Below, piece by piece: positions 13,901 to 28,900 of a DNA stretch of 64,000 nucleotides. Where the stretch lies: positions 22,089,317-22,153,316 of the forward strand of contig NC_092671.1 in assembly GCF_964355755.1 (NCBI RefSeq). Reading direction: 5' to 3'. How positions within the stretch are numbered: position 1 is the stretch's first letter; every line of letters starts with the position of its first letter. The notes below the pieces were generated by a model. That model did not search any database. It saw only the letters and a program-made list of their open reading frames with translations, and was not told the origin of the DNA. The position numbers and the translations under genes are program-made. The DNA comes from Antedon mediterranea. Its lineage: Eukaryota; Animalia; Echinodermata.

Positions 13901-16900
13901 TCAAATCGCATTTGGAGACGTTTTAGACCATTTTGTGATTTTCGAAAAAAACTTTTTAACATAAAAACACCAAACTGCTAAGAATAGCTTCAAATCGCAT
14001 ATGGAGACAATTTAGACCATTTTGTGATTTTCGAAAAAACTTGTTAACATAAAAACACCAAAGTGCTTAGAATACCTTCAAATCGCATTTGGAGACGTTT
14101 TAGACCATTTTGTGATTTTCGAAAAAACTTGTTAACATAAAAACATCAAAGTGCTAAGAATAGCTTCCAATCGCATTTGGAGACATTTTAGACCAATTTG
14201 TGATTTTCGAAAAAACTTGGTTACACAAAAACATCAAAGTGCTTAAAATCACAATATAAAACCGTTTTAGACCATTTTGAGCATTTCGATAACACTTTTC
14301 ACACAAAAACACCAAAGTGCTTAAAATAGCTTCAAATCGCATTTGGAGACGTTTTAGACCATTTTGTGATTTTCGAAAAAAACTTTTTAACATAAAAACA
14401 TCAAAGTGTACAGAATAGCTTCAAATCGCATTTGGAGACGTTTTAGACCATTTTGTGAATTTCGAAAAAACTTGTTAACATAAAAACACCAAAGTGCTTA
14501 GAATAGCTTCAAATCGCATTTGGAGACGTTTTAGACCATTTTGTAATTTTCAAAAAAACTTGTTAACATAAAAACACCAAAGTTCTTAGAATAGCTTCAA
14601 ATCGCATTTGGAGACGTTTTAGACCATTTTGTGCATTTCGATGAAACTTGGTTACACAAAAACATAAAAGTGCTTAAAATCACATTATAAACCGTTTTAG
14701 ACCATTTGAGCATTTCGATAACACTTTTCACACAAAAACATCAAAGAGCACAATATAGCTTAATATCCTATTTAAAAACGTTTTAGACCATTTTGAGCAT
14801 TTCAACAAAACTTTTTCACACAAAACACTAAAGTGCTTAGAATACCTTCAAATCGCATTTGGAGACGTTTTAGACCATTTTGTGATTTTCGAAAAAACTT
14901 GTTAACATAAAAACATCAAAGTTTACAGAATAGCTTCAAATCGCATTTGGAGACGTTTTAGACAATTTTGTGATTTTCGAAAAAACTTGTTAACATAAAA
15001 ACACCAAAGTGCTTAGAATAGCTTCAAATCGCATTGGGAGACGTTTTAGGCCATTTTGTGATTTTCGAAAAAACTTGTTAACATAAAAACACCAAAATGT
15101 TTAGAATAGCTTCAAATCGCATTTGGAGACGTTTTAGACCATTTTGTGATTTTCGAAAAAACTTGTTAACACAAAAACACCAAAGTGATTAGAATAGCTT
15201 CAAATCGCATTTGGAGACGTTTTAGACCATTTTGTGATTTTCGAAAAAACTTGTTAACATAAAAACACCAAAGTGATTAGAATAGCTTCAAATCGCATTT
15301 GGAGACGTTTTAGACCATTTTGTGCATTTCGATGAAACTTGGTTACGCAAAAACATCAAAGTGCTTAAAATCACATTATAAACCGTTTTAGACCATTTTG
15401 AGCATATCGATAACAGTTTTCACACAAAAACATCAAAGAGCACAATATAGCTTAATATCGTATTTAAAAACGTTTTAGACCATTTTGAGCATTTCGACAA
15501 AACTTTTTCACACAAAACACCAAAGTGCTTAGAATAGCTTCAAATCGCTTTTGGAGACGTTTTAGACCATTTTGTGATTTTCGAAAAAACTTGTTAACAT
15601 AAAAACATCAGAGTGCTAAGAATAGCTTCAAATCGCATTTGGAGACATTTTAGACCAATTAGTGATTTTCGAAAAAACTTGGTTACACAAAAACATCAAA
15701 GTGGTTAAAATCACATTATAAACCGTTTTAGACCATTTTGAGCATTTCGATAACACTTTTCACACAAAAACATCAAAGTGCTTAGAATAGCTTCAAATCG
15801 CATTTGGAGACGTTTTAGACCATTTTGTGATTTTCGAAAAAAACTTTTTAACATAAAAACACCAAACTGCTAAGAATAGCTTCAAATCGCAAATGGAAAA
15901 AAAATTAAGACCATTTTGTGATTTTCGATGAAACTTGGTTACACAAAAACATCAAAGTGCTTAAAATCACATTATAAACCGTTTTAGACCATTTGAGCAT
16001 TTCGATAACACTTTTCACACAAAAACATCAAAGAGCACAATATAGCTTAATATCCTATTTAAAAACGTTTTAGACCATTTTGAGCATTTCGACAAAACTT
16101 TTTCACACAAAACACCAAAGTGCAAAGTGCTTAGAATAGCTTCAAATCGCATTGGGAGACGTTTTAGACCATTTTGTGATTTTCGAAAAAACTTGTTAAC
16201 ATAAAAACATCAAAGTGTACAGAATAGCTTCAAATCGCATTTGGAGACGTTTTAGACCATTTTGTGATTTTCGAAAAAACTTGTTAACACAAAAACACCA
16301 AAGTGTTTAGAAAAGCTTCAAATCGCATTTGGAGACGTTTTAGACCATTTTGGGATTTTCGAAAAAACTTGTTAACATAAAAACACCAAAGTGCTTAGAA
16401 TAGCTTCAAATCGCATTTGGAGACGTTTTAGACCATTTTGTAATTTTCAAAAAAACTTGTTAACATAAAAACACCAAAGTTCTTAGAATAGCTTCAAATC
16501 GCATTTGGAGACGTTTTAGACCATTTTGTGCATTTCGATGAAACTTGGTTACACAAAAACATCAAAGTGCTTAAAATCACATTATAAACCGTTTTAGACC
16601 ATTTGAGCATTTCGATAACACTTTTCACAAAAAAACATCAAAGAGCACAATATAGATTAATATCCTATTTAAAAACGTTTTAGACCATTTTGAGCATTTC
16701 GACAAAACTTTTTCACACAAAACACCAAAGTGCTTAGAATACCTTCAAATCGCATTTGGAGACGTTTTAGACCATTTTGTGATTTTCGAAAAAACTTGTT
16801 AACATAAAAACATCAAAGTTTACAGAATAGCTTCAAATCGCATTTGGAGACGTTTTAGACAATTTTGTGATTTTCGAAAAAACTTGTTAACATAAAAACA

Positions 16901-19900
16901 CCAAAGTGCTTAGAATAGCTTCAAATCGCAATGGGAGACGTTTTAGACCATTTTGTGATTTTCGAAAAAACTTGTTAACATAAAAACATCAAAGTTTACA
17001 GAATAGCTTCAAATCGCATTTGGAGACGTTTTAGACCATTTTGTGATTTTCGAAAAAACTTGTTAACATAAAAACACCAAAGTGCTTAGAATAGCTTCAA
17101 ATCGCATTTGGAGACGTTTTAAACCATTTTGTGTTTTTCGAAAAAACTTGTTAACATAAAAACACCAAAATGTTTAGAATAGCTTCAAATCGCATTTGGA
17201 GACGTTTTAGACCATTTTGTGATTTTCGAAAAAACTTGTTAACATAAAAACACCAAAGTGATTAGAATAGCTTCAAATCGCATTTGGAGACGTTTTAGAC
17301 CATTTTGTGCATTTCGATGAAACTTGGTTACGCAAAAACATCAAAGTGCTTAAAATCACATTATAAACCGTTTTAGACCATTTTGAGCATATCGATAAAA
17401 CTTTTTACACAAAACACCAAAGTGCTTAGAATAGCTTCAAATCGCATTTGGAAACGTTTTAGAACATTTTGTGATTTTCGAAAAAACTTGTTAACATAAA
17501 AACATCAAAGAGCACAAAATAGCTTAATATCGTATTTGGAAACGTTTTAGAACATTTTGTGATTTTCGAAAAAACTTGTTAACACAAAAACACCAAAGTG
17601 TTTAGAAAAGCTTCAAATCGCATTTGGAGACGTTTTAGACCATTTTGGGATTTTCGAAAAAACTTGTTAACATAAAAACACCAAAGTGCTTAGAATAGCT
17701 TCAAATCGCATTTGGAGACGTTTTAGACCATTTTGTAATTTTCAAAAAAACTTGTTAACATAAAAACACCAAAGTTCTTAGAATAGCTTCAAATCGCATT
17801 TGGAGACGTTTTAGACCATTTTGTGCATTTCGATGAAACTTGGTTACACAAAAACATCAAAGTGCTTAAAATCACATTATAAACCGTTTTAGACCATTTG
17901 AGCATTTCGATAACACTTTTCACAAAAAAACATCAAAGAGCACAATATAGATTAATATCCTATTTAAAAACGTTTTAGACCATTTTGAGCATTTCGACAA
18001 AACTTTTTCACACAAAACACCAAAGTGCTTAGAATACCTTCAAATCGCATTTGGAGACGTTTTAGACCATTTTGTGATTTTCGAAAAAACTTGTTAACAT
18101 AAAAACATCAAAGTTTACAGAATAGCTTCAAATCGCATTTGGAGACGTTTTAGACAATTTTGTGATTTTCGAAAAAACTTGTTAACATAAAAACACCAAA
18201 GTGCTTAGAATAGCTTCAAATCGCATTGGGAGACGTTTTAGACCATTTTGTGATTTTCGAAAAAACTTGTTAACATAAAAACATCAAAGTTTACAGAATA
18301 GCTTCAAATCGCATTTGGAGACGTTTTAGACCATTTTGTGATTTTCGAAAAAACTTGTTAACATAAAAACACCAAAGTGCTTAGAATAGCTTCAAATCGC
18401 ATTTGGAGACGTTTTAAACCATTTTGTGTTTTTCGAAAAAACTTGTTAACATAAAAACACCAAAATGTTTAGAATAGCTTCAAATCGCATTTGGAGACGT
18501 TTTAGACCATTTTGTGATTTTCGAAAAAACTTGTTAACATAAAAACATCAAAGTTTACAGAATAGCTTCAAATCGCATTTGGAGACGTTTTAGACAATTT
18601 TGTGATTTTCGAAAAAACTTGTTAACATAAAAACACCAAAGTGCTTAGAATAGCTTCAAATCGCATTGGGAGACGTTTTAGACCATTTTGTGATTTTCGA
18701 AAAAACTTGTTAACATAAAAACATCAAAGTTTACAGAATAGCTTCAAATCGCATTTGGAGACGTTTTAGACCATTTTGTGATTTTCGAAAAAACTTGTTA
18801 ACATAAAAACACCAAAGTGCTTAGAATAGCTTCAAATCGCATTTGGAGACGTTTTAAACCATTTTGTGTTTTTCGAAAAAACTTGTTAACATAAAAACAC
18901 CAAAATGTTTAGAATAGCTTCAAATCGCATTTGGAGACGTTTTAGACCATTTTGTGATTTTCGAAAAAACTTGTTAACATAAAAACACCAAAGTGATTAG
19001 AATAGCTTCAAATCGCATTTGGAGACGTTTTAGACCATTTTGTGCATTTCGATGAAACTTGGTTACGCAAAAACATCAAAGTGCTTAAAATCACATTATA
19101 AACCGTTTTAGACCATTTTGAGCATATTGATAAAACTTTTTACACAAAACACCAAAGTGCTTAGAATAGCTTCAAATCGCATTTGGAAACGTTTTAGAAC
19201 ATTTTGTGATTTTCGAAAAAACTTGTTAACATAAAAACATCAAAGAGCACAAAATAGCTTAATATCGTATTTGGAAACGTTTTAGAACATTTTGTGATTT
19301 TCGAAAAAACTTGTTAACATAAAACACCAAAGTGTACAGAATAGCTTCAAATCGCATTTGGAGACATTTTAGACCAATTTGTGATTTCCGAAAAAAACTT
19401 GTTAACATAAAAACACCAAAGTGCTAAGAATAGCTTCAAATCGCATTTGGAGACATTTTAGACCAATTTGTGATTTTCGAAAAAACTTGGTTACACAAAA
19501 ACATCAAAGTGCTTAAAATCACATTATAAAACCGTTTTAGACCATTTTGAGCATTTCGATAACACTTTTCACACAAAAACATCAAAGAGCATAAAATAGG
19601 TTAATATCGTATTTAAAAACGTTTTAGACCATTTTGAGCATTTCGACAAAACTTTTTCACACAAAACACCAAAGTGTACAGAATAGCTTAATATCGTATT
19701 TAAAAACGTTTTAGACCATTTTGTGATTTTCGAAAAAACTTGTTAACATAAAAACACCAAAGTGCTTAGAATAGCTTCAAATCGCATTGGGAGACGTTTT
19801 AGACCATTTTGTGATTTTCGAAAAAACTTGTTAACATAAAAACATCAAAGTGTACAGAATAGCTTCAAATCGCATTTGGAGACGTTTTAGACCATTTTGT

Positions 19901-22900
19901 GATTTTCGAAAAAAACTTGTTAACATAAAAACACCAAAGTGCTTAGAATAGCTTCAAATCGCATTTGGAGACGTTTTAGACCAATTTGTGATTTTCGAAA
20001 AAACTTGGTTACACAAAAACATCAAAGTGGATAAAATCACATTATAAACCGTTTTAGACCATTTTGAGAATTTCGATAACACATTTCACAAAAAAACATC
20101 AAAGAGCACAAAATAGCTTAATATCGTATTTAAAAACGTTTTAAACCATTTTGAGCATTTCGACAAAACTTTTTCACACAAAACACCAATGTGTACAGAA
20201 TAGCTTCAAATCGCATTTGGAGACGTTTTAGACCATTTTGTGATTTTCGAAAAAACTTGTTAATATAAAAACACCAAAGTACTTAGAATAGCTTCAAATC
20301 GCATTTGGAGACGTTTTAGACCATTTTGTGATTTTCGAAAAAACTTGTTATCATAAAAACACCAAAGTTCTTAAAATAGCTTCAAATGGCATTTGGAGAC
20401 GTTTAAGACCATTTTGTGATTTTCGAAAAAACTTGTTAACACAAAAACACCAAAGTGTTTAGAAAAGCTTCAAATCGCATTTGGAGACGTTTTAGACCAT
20501 TTTGGGATTTTCGAAAAAACTTGTTAACATAAAAACACCAAAGTGCTTAGAATAGCTTCAAATCGCATTTGGAGACGTTTTAGACCATTTTGTAATTTTC
20601 AAAAAAACTTGTTAACATAAAAACACCAAAGTTCTTAGAATAGCTTCAAATCGCATTTGAAGACGTTTTAGACCATTTTGTGCATTTCGATGAAACTTGG
20701 TTACACAAAAACATCAAAGTGCTTAAAATCACATTATAAACCGTTTTAGACCATTTGAGCATTTCGATAACACTTTTCACACAAAAACATCAAAGAGCAC
20801 AATATAGATTAATATCCTATTTAAAAACGTTTTAGACCATTTTGAGCATTTCGACAAAACTTTTTCACACAAAACACCAAAGTGCTTAGAATACCTTCAA
20901 ATCGCATTTGGATACGTTTTAGACCATTTTGTGATTTTCGAAAAAACTTGTTAACATAAAAACATCAAAGTTTACAGAATAGCTTCAAATCGCATTTGGA
21001 GACGTTTTAGACAATTTTGTGATTTTCGAAAAAACTTGTTAACATAAAAACACCAAAGTGCTTAGAATAGCTTCAAATCGCATTGGGAGACGTTTTAGAC
21101 CATTTTGTGATTTTGGAAAAAACTTGTTAACATAAAAACATCAAAGTGTACAGAATAGCTTCAAATCGCATTTGGAGACGTTTTAGACCATTTTGTGATT
21201 TTCGAAAAAACTTGTTAACATAAAAACACCAAAGTACTTAGAATAGCTTCAAATCGCATTTGGAGAAGTTTTAGACCATTTTGTGATTTTCGAAAAAACT
21301 TGTTAACATAAAAACACCAAAGTGATTAGAATAGCTTCAAATCGCATTTGGAGACGTTTTAGACCATTTTGTGCATTTCGATGAAACTTGGTTACGCAAA
21401 AACATCAAAGTGCTTAAAATCACATTATAAACCGTTTTAGACCATTTTGAGCATATCGATAAAACTTTTTACACAAAACACCAAAGTGCTTAGAATAGCT
21501 TCAAATCGCATTTGGAGACGTTTTAGACCATTTTGTGATTTTCGATGAAACTTGGATACGCAAAAACATCAAAGTGCTTAAAATCACATTATAAACCGTT
21601 TTAGACCATTTTGAGCATATCGATAAAACTTTTTACACAAAACACCAAAGTGCTTAGAATAGCTTCAAATCGCATTTGGAGACGTTTTAGACCATTTTGT
21701 GATTTTCGATGAAACTTGGTTACGCAAAAACATCAAAGTGCTTAAAATCACATTATAAACCGTTTTAGACCATTTTGAGCATATCGATAAAACTTTTTAC
21801 ACAAAACACCAAAGTGCTTAGAATAGCTTCAAATCGCATTTGGAGACGTTTTAGACCATTTTGTGATTTTCGAAAAAACTTGTTAACATAAAAACACCAA
21901 AGTACTTAGAATAGCTTCAAATCGCATTTGGAGAAGTTTTAGACCATTTTGTGATTTTCGAAAAAACTTGTTAACATAAAAACACCAAAGTGATTAGAAT
22001 AGCTTCAAATCGCATTTGGAGACGTTTTAGACCATTTTGTGCATTTCGATGAAACTTGGTTACGCAAAAACATCAAAGTGCTTAAAATCACATTATAAAC
22101 CGTTTTAGACCATTTTGAGCATATCGATAAAACTTTTTACACAAAACACCAAAGTGCTTAGAATAGCTTCAAATCGCATTTGGAGACGTTTTAGACCATT
22201 TTGTGATTTTCGAAAAAAACTTTTTAACATAAAAACACCAAACTGCTAAGAATAGCTTCAAATCGCATATGGAGACAATTTAGACCATTTTGTGATTTTC
22301 GAAAAAACTTGTTAACATAAAAACACCAAAGTGCTTAGAATACCTTCAAATCGCATTTGGAGACGTTTTAGACCATTTTGTGATTTTCGAAAAAACTTGT
22401 TAACATAAAAACATCAAAGTGCTAAGAATAGCTTCCAATCGCATTTGGAGACATTTTAGACCATTTTGTGCATTTCGATGAAACTTGGTTACGCAAAAAC
22501 ATCAAAGTGCTTAAAATCACATTATAAACCGTTTTAGACCATTTTGAGCATATCGATAACACTTTTCACACAAAAACATCAAAGAGCACAATATAGCTTA
22601 ATATCGTATTTAAAAACGTTTTAGACCATTTTGAGCATTTCGACAAAACTTTTTCACACAAAACACCAAAGTGCTTAGAATAGCTTCAAATCGCATTGGG
22701 AGACGTTTTAGACCATTTTGTGATTTTGGAAAAAACTTGTTAACATAAAAACATCAAAGTGTACAGAATAGCTTCAAATCGCATTTGGAGACGTTTTAGA
22801 CCATTTTGTGATTTTCGAAAAAACTTGTTAACATAAAAACAACAAAGTGCTTAGAATAGCTTCAAATCGCATTTGGAGACGTTTTAGACCATTTTGTGAT

Positions 22901-25900
22901 TTTCGAAAAAACTTGTTAACATAAAAACACCAAAGTGCTTAGAATAGCTTCAAATCGCATTTGGAGACGTTTTAGACCAATTTGTGATTTTCGAAAAAAA
23001 CTTGTTAACATAAAAACACCAAAGTTCTTAAAATAGCTTCAAATCGCATTTGGAGACGTTTTAGACCATTTTGTGATTTTCGAAAAAACTTGTTAACACA
23101 AAAACACCAAAGTGTTTAGAAAAGCTTAAAATCGCATTTGGAGACGTTTTAGACCATTTTGGGATTTTCGAAAAAACTTGTTAACATAAAAACACCAAAG
23201 TGCTTAGAATAGCTTCAAATCGCATTTGGAGACGTTTTAGACCATTTTGTAATTTTCAAAAAAACTTGTTAACATAAAAACACCAAAGTTCTTAGAATAG
23301 CTTCAAATCGCATTTGGAGACGTTTTAGACCATTTTGTGCATTTCGATGAAACTTGGTTACACAAAAACATAAAAGTGCTTAAAATCACATTATAAACCG
23401 TTTTAGACCATTTGAGCATTTCGATAACACTTTTCACACAAAAACATCAAAGAGCACAATATAGCTTAATATCCTATTTAAAAACGTTTTAGACCATTTT
23501 GAGCATTTCAACAAAACTTTTTCACACAAAACACCAAAGTGCTTAGAATACCTTCAAATCGCATTTGGAGACGTTTTAGACCATTTTGTGATTTTCGAAA
23601 AAACTTGTTAACATAAAAACATCAAAGTTTACAGAATAGCTTCAAATCGCATTTGGAGACGTTTTAGACAATTTTGTGATTTTCGAAAAAACTTGTTAAC
23701 ATAAAAACACCAAAGTGCTTAGAATAGCTTCAAATCGCATTGGGAGACGTTTTAGGCCATTTTGTGATTTTCGAAAAAACTTGTTAACATAAAAACATCA
23801 AAGTGTACAGAATAGATTCAAATCGCATTTGGAGACGTTTTAGACCATTTTGTGATTTTCGAAAAAACTTGTTAACATAAAAACACCAAAGTGCTTAGAA
23901 TAGCTTCAAATCGCATTTGGAGACGTTTTAAAGCATTTTGTGATTTTCGAAAAAACTTGTTAACATAAAAACACCAAAATGTTTAGAATAGCTTCAAATC
24001 GCATTTGGAGACGTTTTAGACCATTTTGTGATTTTCGAAAAAACTTGTTAACACAAAAACACCAAAGTGATTAGAATAGCTTCAAATCGCATTTGGAGAC
24101 GTTTTAGACCATTTTGTGATTTTCGAAAAAACTTGTTAACATAAAAACACCAAAGTGATTAGAATAGCTTCAAATCGCATTTGGAGACGTTTTAGACCAT
24201 TTTGTGCATTTCGATGAAACTTGGTTACGCAAAAACATCAAAGTGCTTAAAATCACATTATAAACCGTTTTAGACCATTTTGAGCATATCGATAACAGTT
24301 TTCACACAAAAACATCAAAGAGCACAATATAGCTTAATATCGTATTTAAAAACGTTTTAGACCATTTTGAGCATTTCGACAAAACTTTTTCACACAAAAC
24401 ACCAAAGTGCTTAGAATAGCTTCAAATCGCTTTTGGAGACGTTTTAGACCATTTTGTGATTTTCGAAAAAACTTGTTAACATAAAAACATCAGAGTGCTA
24501 AGAATAGCTTCAAATCGCATTTGGAGACATTTTAGACCAATTAGTGATTTTCGAAAAAACTTGGTTACACAAAAACATCAAAGTGGTTAAAATCACATTA
24601 TAAACCGTTTTAGACCATTTTGAGCATTTCGATAACACTTTTCACACAAAAACATCAAAGTGCTTAGAATAGCTTCAAATCGCATTTGGAGACGTTTTAG
24701 ACCATTTTGTGATTTTCGAAAAAAACTTTTTAACATAAAAACACCAAACTGCTAAGAATAGCTTGAAATCGCAAATGGAGACAATTTAGACCATTTTGTG
24801 ATTTTCGATGAAACTTGGTTACACAAAAACATCAAAGTGCTTAAAATCACATTATAAACCGTTTTAGACCATTTGAGCATTTCGATAACACTTTTCACAC
24901 AAAAACATCAAAGAGCACAATATAGCTTAATATCCTATTTAAAAACGTTTTAGACCATTTTGAGCATTTCGACAAAACTTTTTCACACAAAACACCAAAG
25001 TGCAAAGTGCTTAGAATAGCTTCAAATCGCATTGGGAGACGTTTTAGACCATTTTGTGATTTTCGAAAAAACTTGTTAACATAAAAACATCAAAGTGTAC
25101 AGAATAGCTTCAAATCGCATTTGGAGACGTTTTAGACCATTTTGTGATTTTCGAAAAAACTTGTTAACACAAAAACACCAAAGTGTTTAGAAAAGCTTCA
25201 AATCGCATTTGGAGACGTTTTAGACCATTTTGGGATTTTCGAAAAAACTTGTTAACATAAAAACACCAAAGTGCTTAGAATAGCTTCAAATCGCATTTGG
25301 AGACGTTTTAGACCATTTTGTAATTTTCAAAAAAAATTGTTAACATAAAAACACCAAAGTTCTTAGAATAGCTTCAAATCGCATTTGGAGACGTTTTAGA
25401 CCATTTTGTGCATTTCGATGAAACTTGGTTACACAAAAACATCAAAGTGCTTAAAATCACATTATAAACCGTTTTAGACCATTTGAGCATTTCGATAACA
25501 CTTTTCACAAAAAAACATCAAAGAGCACAATATAGATTAATATCCTATTTAAAAACGTTTTAGACCATTTTGAGCATTTCGACAAAACTTTTTCACACAA
25601 AACACCAAAGTGCTTAGAATACCTTCAAATCGCATTTGGAGACGTTTTAGACCATTTTGTGATTTTCGAAAAAACTTGTTAACATAAAAACATCAAAGTT
25701 TACAGAATAGCTTCAAATCGCATTTGGAGACGTTTTAGACAATTTTGTGATTTTCGAAAAAACTTGTTAACATAAAAACACCAAAGTGCTTAGAATAGCT
25801 TCAAATCGCATTGGGAGACGTTTTAGACCATTTTGTGATTTTCGAAAAAACTTGTTAACATAAAAACATCAAAGTTTACAGAATAGCTTCAAATCGCATT

Positions 25901-28900
25901 TGGAGACGTTTTAGACCATTTTGTGATTTTCGAAAAAACTTGTTAACATAAAAACACCAAAGTGCTTAGAATAGCTTCAAATCGCATTTGGAGACGTTTT
26001 AAACCATTTTGTGTTTTTCGAAAAAACTTGTTAACATAAAAACACCAAAATGTTTAGAATAGCTTCAAATCGCATTTGGAGACGTTTTAGACCATTTTGT
26101 GATTTTCGAAAAAACTTGTTAACATAAAAACACCAAAGTGATTAGAATAGCTTCAAATCGCATTTGGAGACGTTTTAGACCATTTTGTGCATTTCGATGA
26201 AACTTGGTTACGCAAAAACATCAAAGTGCTTAAAATCACATTATAAACCGTTTTAGACCATTTTGAGCATATCGATAAAACTTTTTACACAAAACACCAA
26301 AGTGCTTAGAATAGCTTCAAATCGCATTTGGAAACGTTTTAGAACATTTTGTGATTTTCGAAAAAACTTGTTAACATAAAAACATCAAAGAGCACAAAAT
26401 AGCTTAATATCGTATTTGGAAACGTTTTAGAACATTTTGTGATTTTCGAAAAAACTTGTTAACATAAAACACCAAAGTGTACAGAATAGCTTCAAATCGC
26501 ATTTGGAGACATTTTAGACCAATTTGTGATTTCCGAAAAAAACTTGTTAACATAAAAACACCAAAGTGCTAAGAATAGCTTCAAATCGCATTTGGAGACA
26601 TTTTAGACCAATTTGTGATTTTCGAAAAAACTTGGTTACACAAAAACATCAAAGTGCTTAAAATCACATTATAAAACCGTTTTAGACCATTTTGAGCATT
26701 TCGATAACACTTTTCACACAAAAACATCAAAGAGCATAAAATAGGTTAATATCGTATTTAAAAACGTTTTAGACCATTTTGAGCATTTCGACAAAACTTT
26801 TTCACACAAAACACCAAAGTGTACAGAATAGCTTAATATCGTATTTAAAAACGTTTTAGACCATTTTGTGATTTTCGAAAAAACTTGTTAACATAAAAAC
26901 ACCAAAGTGCTTAGAATAGCTTCAAATCGCATTGGGAGACGTTTTAGACCATTTTGTGATTTTCGAAAAAACTTGTTAACATAAAAACATCAAAGTGTAC
27001 AGAATAGCTTCAAATCGCATTTGGAGACGTTTTAGACCATTTTGTGATTTTCGAAAAAAACTTGTTAACATAAAAACACCAAAGTGCTTAGAATAGCTTC
27101 AAATCGCATTTGGAGACGTTTTAGACCAATTTGTGATTTTCGAAAAAACTTGGTTACACAAAAACATCAAAGTGGATAAAATCACATTATAAACCGTTTT
27201 AGACCATTTTGAGAATTTCGATAACACATTTCACAAAAAAACATCAAAGAGCACAAAATAGCTTAATATCGTATTTAAAAACGTTTTAAACCATTTTGAG
27301 CATTTCGACAAAACTTTTTCACACAAAACACCAATGTGTACAGAATAGCTTCAAATCGCATTTGGAGACGTTTTAGACCATTTTGTAATTTTCGAAAAAA
27401 CTTGTTAATATAAAAACACCAAAGTACTTAGAATAGCTTCAAATCGCATTTGGAGACGTTTTAGACCATTTTGTGATTTTCGAAAAAACTTGTTATCATA
27501 AAAACACCAAAGTTCTTAAAATAGCTTCAAATCGCATTTGGAGACGTTTAAGACCATTTTGTGATTTTCGAAAAAACTTGTTAACACAAAAACACCAAAG
27601 TGTTTAGAAAAGCTTCAAATCGCATTTGGAGACGTTTTAGACCATTTTGGGATTTTCGAAAAAACTTGTTAACATAAAAACACCAAAGTGCTTAGAATAG
27701 CTTCAAATCGCATTTGGAGACGTTTTAGACCATTTTGTAATTTTCAAAAAAACTTGTTAACATAAAAACACCAAAGTTCTTAGAATAGCTTCAAATCGCA
27801 TTTGAAGACGTTTTAGACCATTTTGTGCATTTCGATGAAACTTGGTTACACAAAAACATCAAAGTGCTTAAAATCACATTATAAACCGTTTTAGACCATT
27901 TGAGCATTTCGATAACACTTTTCACACAAAAACATCAAAGAGCACAATATAGATTAATATCCTATTTAAAAACGTTTTAGACCATTTTGAGCATTTCGAC
28001 AAAACTTTTTCACACAAAACACCAAAGTGCTTAGAATACCTTCAAATCGCATTTGGAGACGTTTTAGACCATTTTGTGATTTTCGAAAAAACTTGTTAAC
28101 ATAAAAACATCAAAGTTTACAGAATAGCTTCAAATCGCATTTGGAGACGTTTTAGACAATTTTGTGATTTTCGAAAAAACTTGTTAACATAAAAACACCA
28201 AAGTGCTTAGAATAGCTTCAAATCGCATTGGGAGACGTTTTAGACCATTTTGTGATTTTGGAAAAAACTTGTTAACATAAAAACATCAAAGTGTACAGAA
28301 TAGCTTCAAATCGCATTTGGAGACGTTTTAGACCATTTTGTGATTTTCGAAAAAACTTGTTAACATAAAAACACCAAAGTACTTAGAATAGCTTCAAATC
28401 GCATTTGGAGAAGTTTTAGACCATTTTGTGATTTTCGAAAAAACTTGTTAACATAAAAACACCAAAGTGATTAGAATAGCTTCAAATCGCATTTGGAGAC
28501 GTTTTAGACCATTTTGTGCATTTCGATGAAACTTGGTTACGCAAAAACATCAAAGTGCTTAAAATCACATTATAAACCGTTTTAGACCATTTTGAGCATA
28601 TCGATAAAACTTTTTACACAAAACACCAAAGTGCTTAGAATAGCTTCAAATCGCATTTGGAGACGTTTTAGACCATTTTGTGATTTTCGATGAAACTTGG
28701 ATACGCAAAAACATCAAAGTGCTTAAAATCACATTATAAACCGTTTTAGACCATTTTGAGCATATCGATAAAACTTTTTACACAAAACACCAAAGTGCTT
28801 AGAATAGCTTCAAATCGCATTTGGAGACGTTTTAGACCATTTTGTGATTTTCGAAAAAACTTGTTAACATAAAAACACCAAAGTACTTAGAATAGCTTCA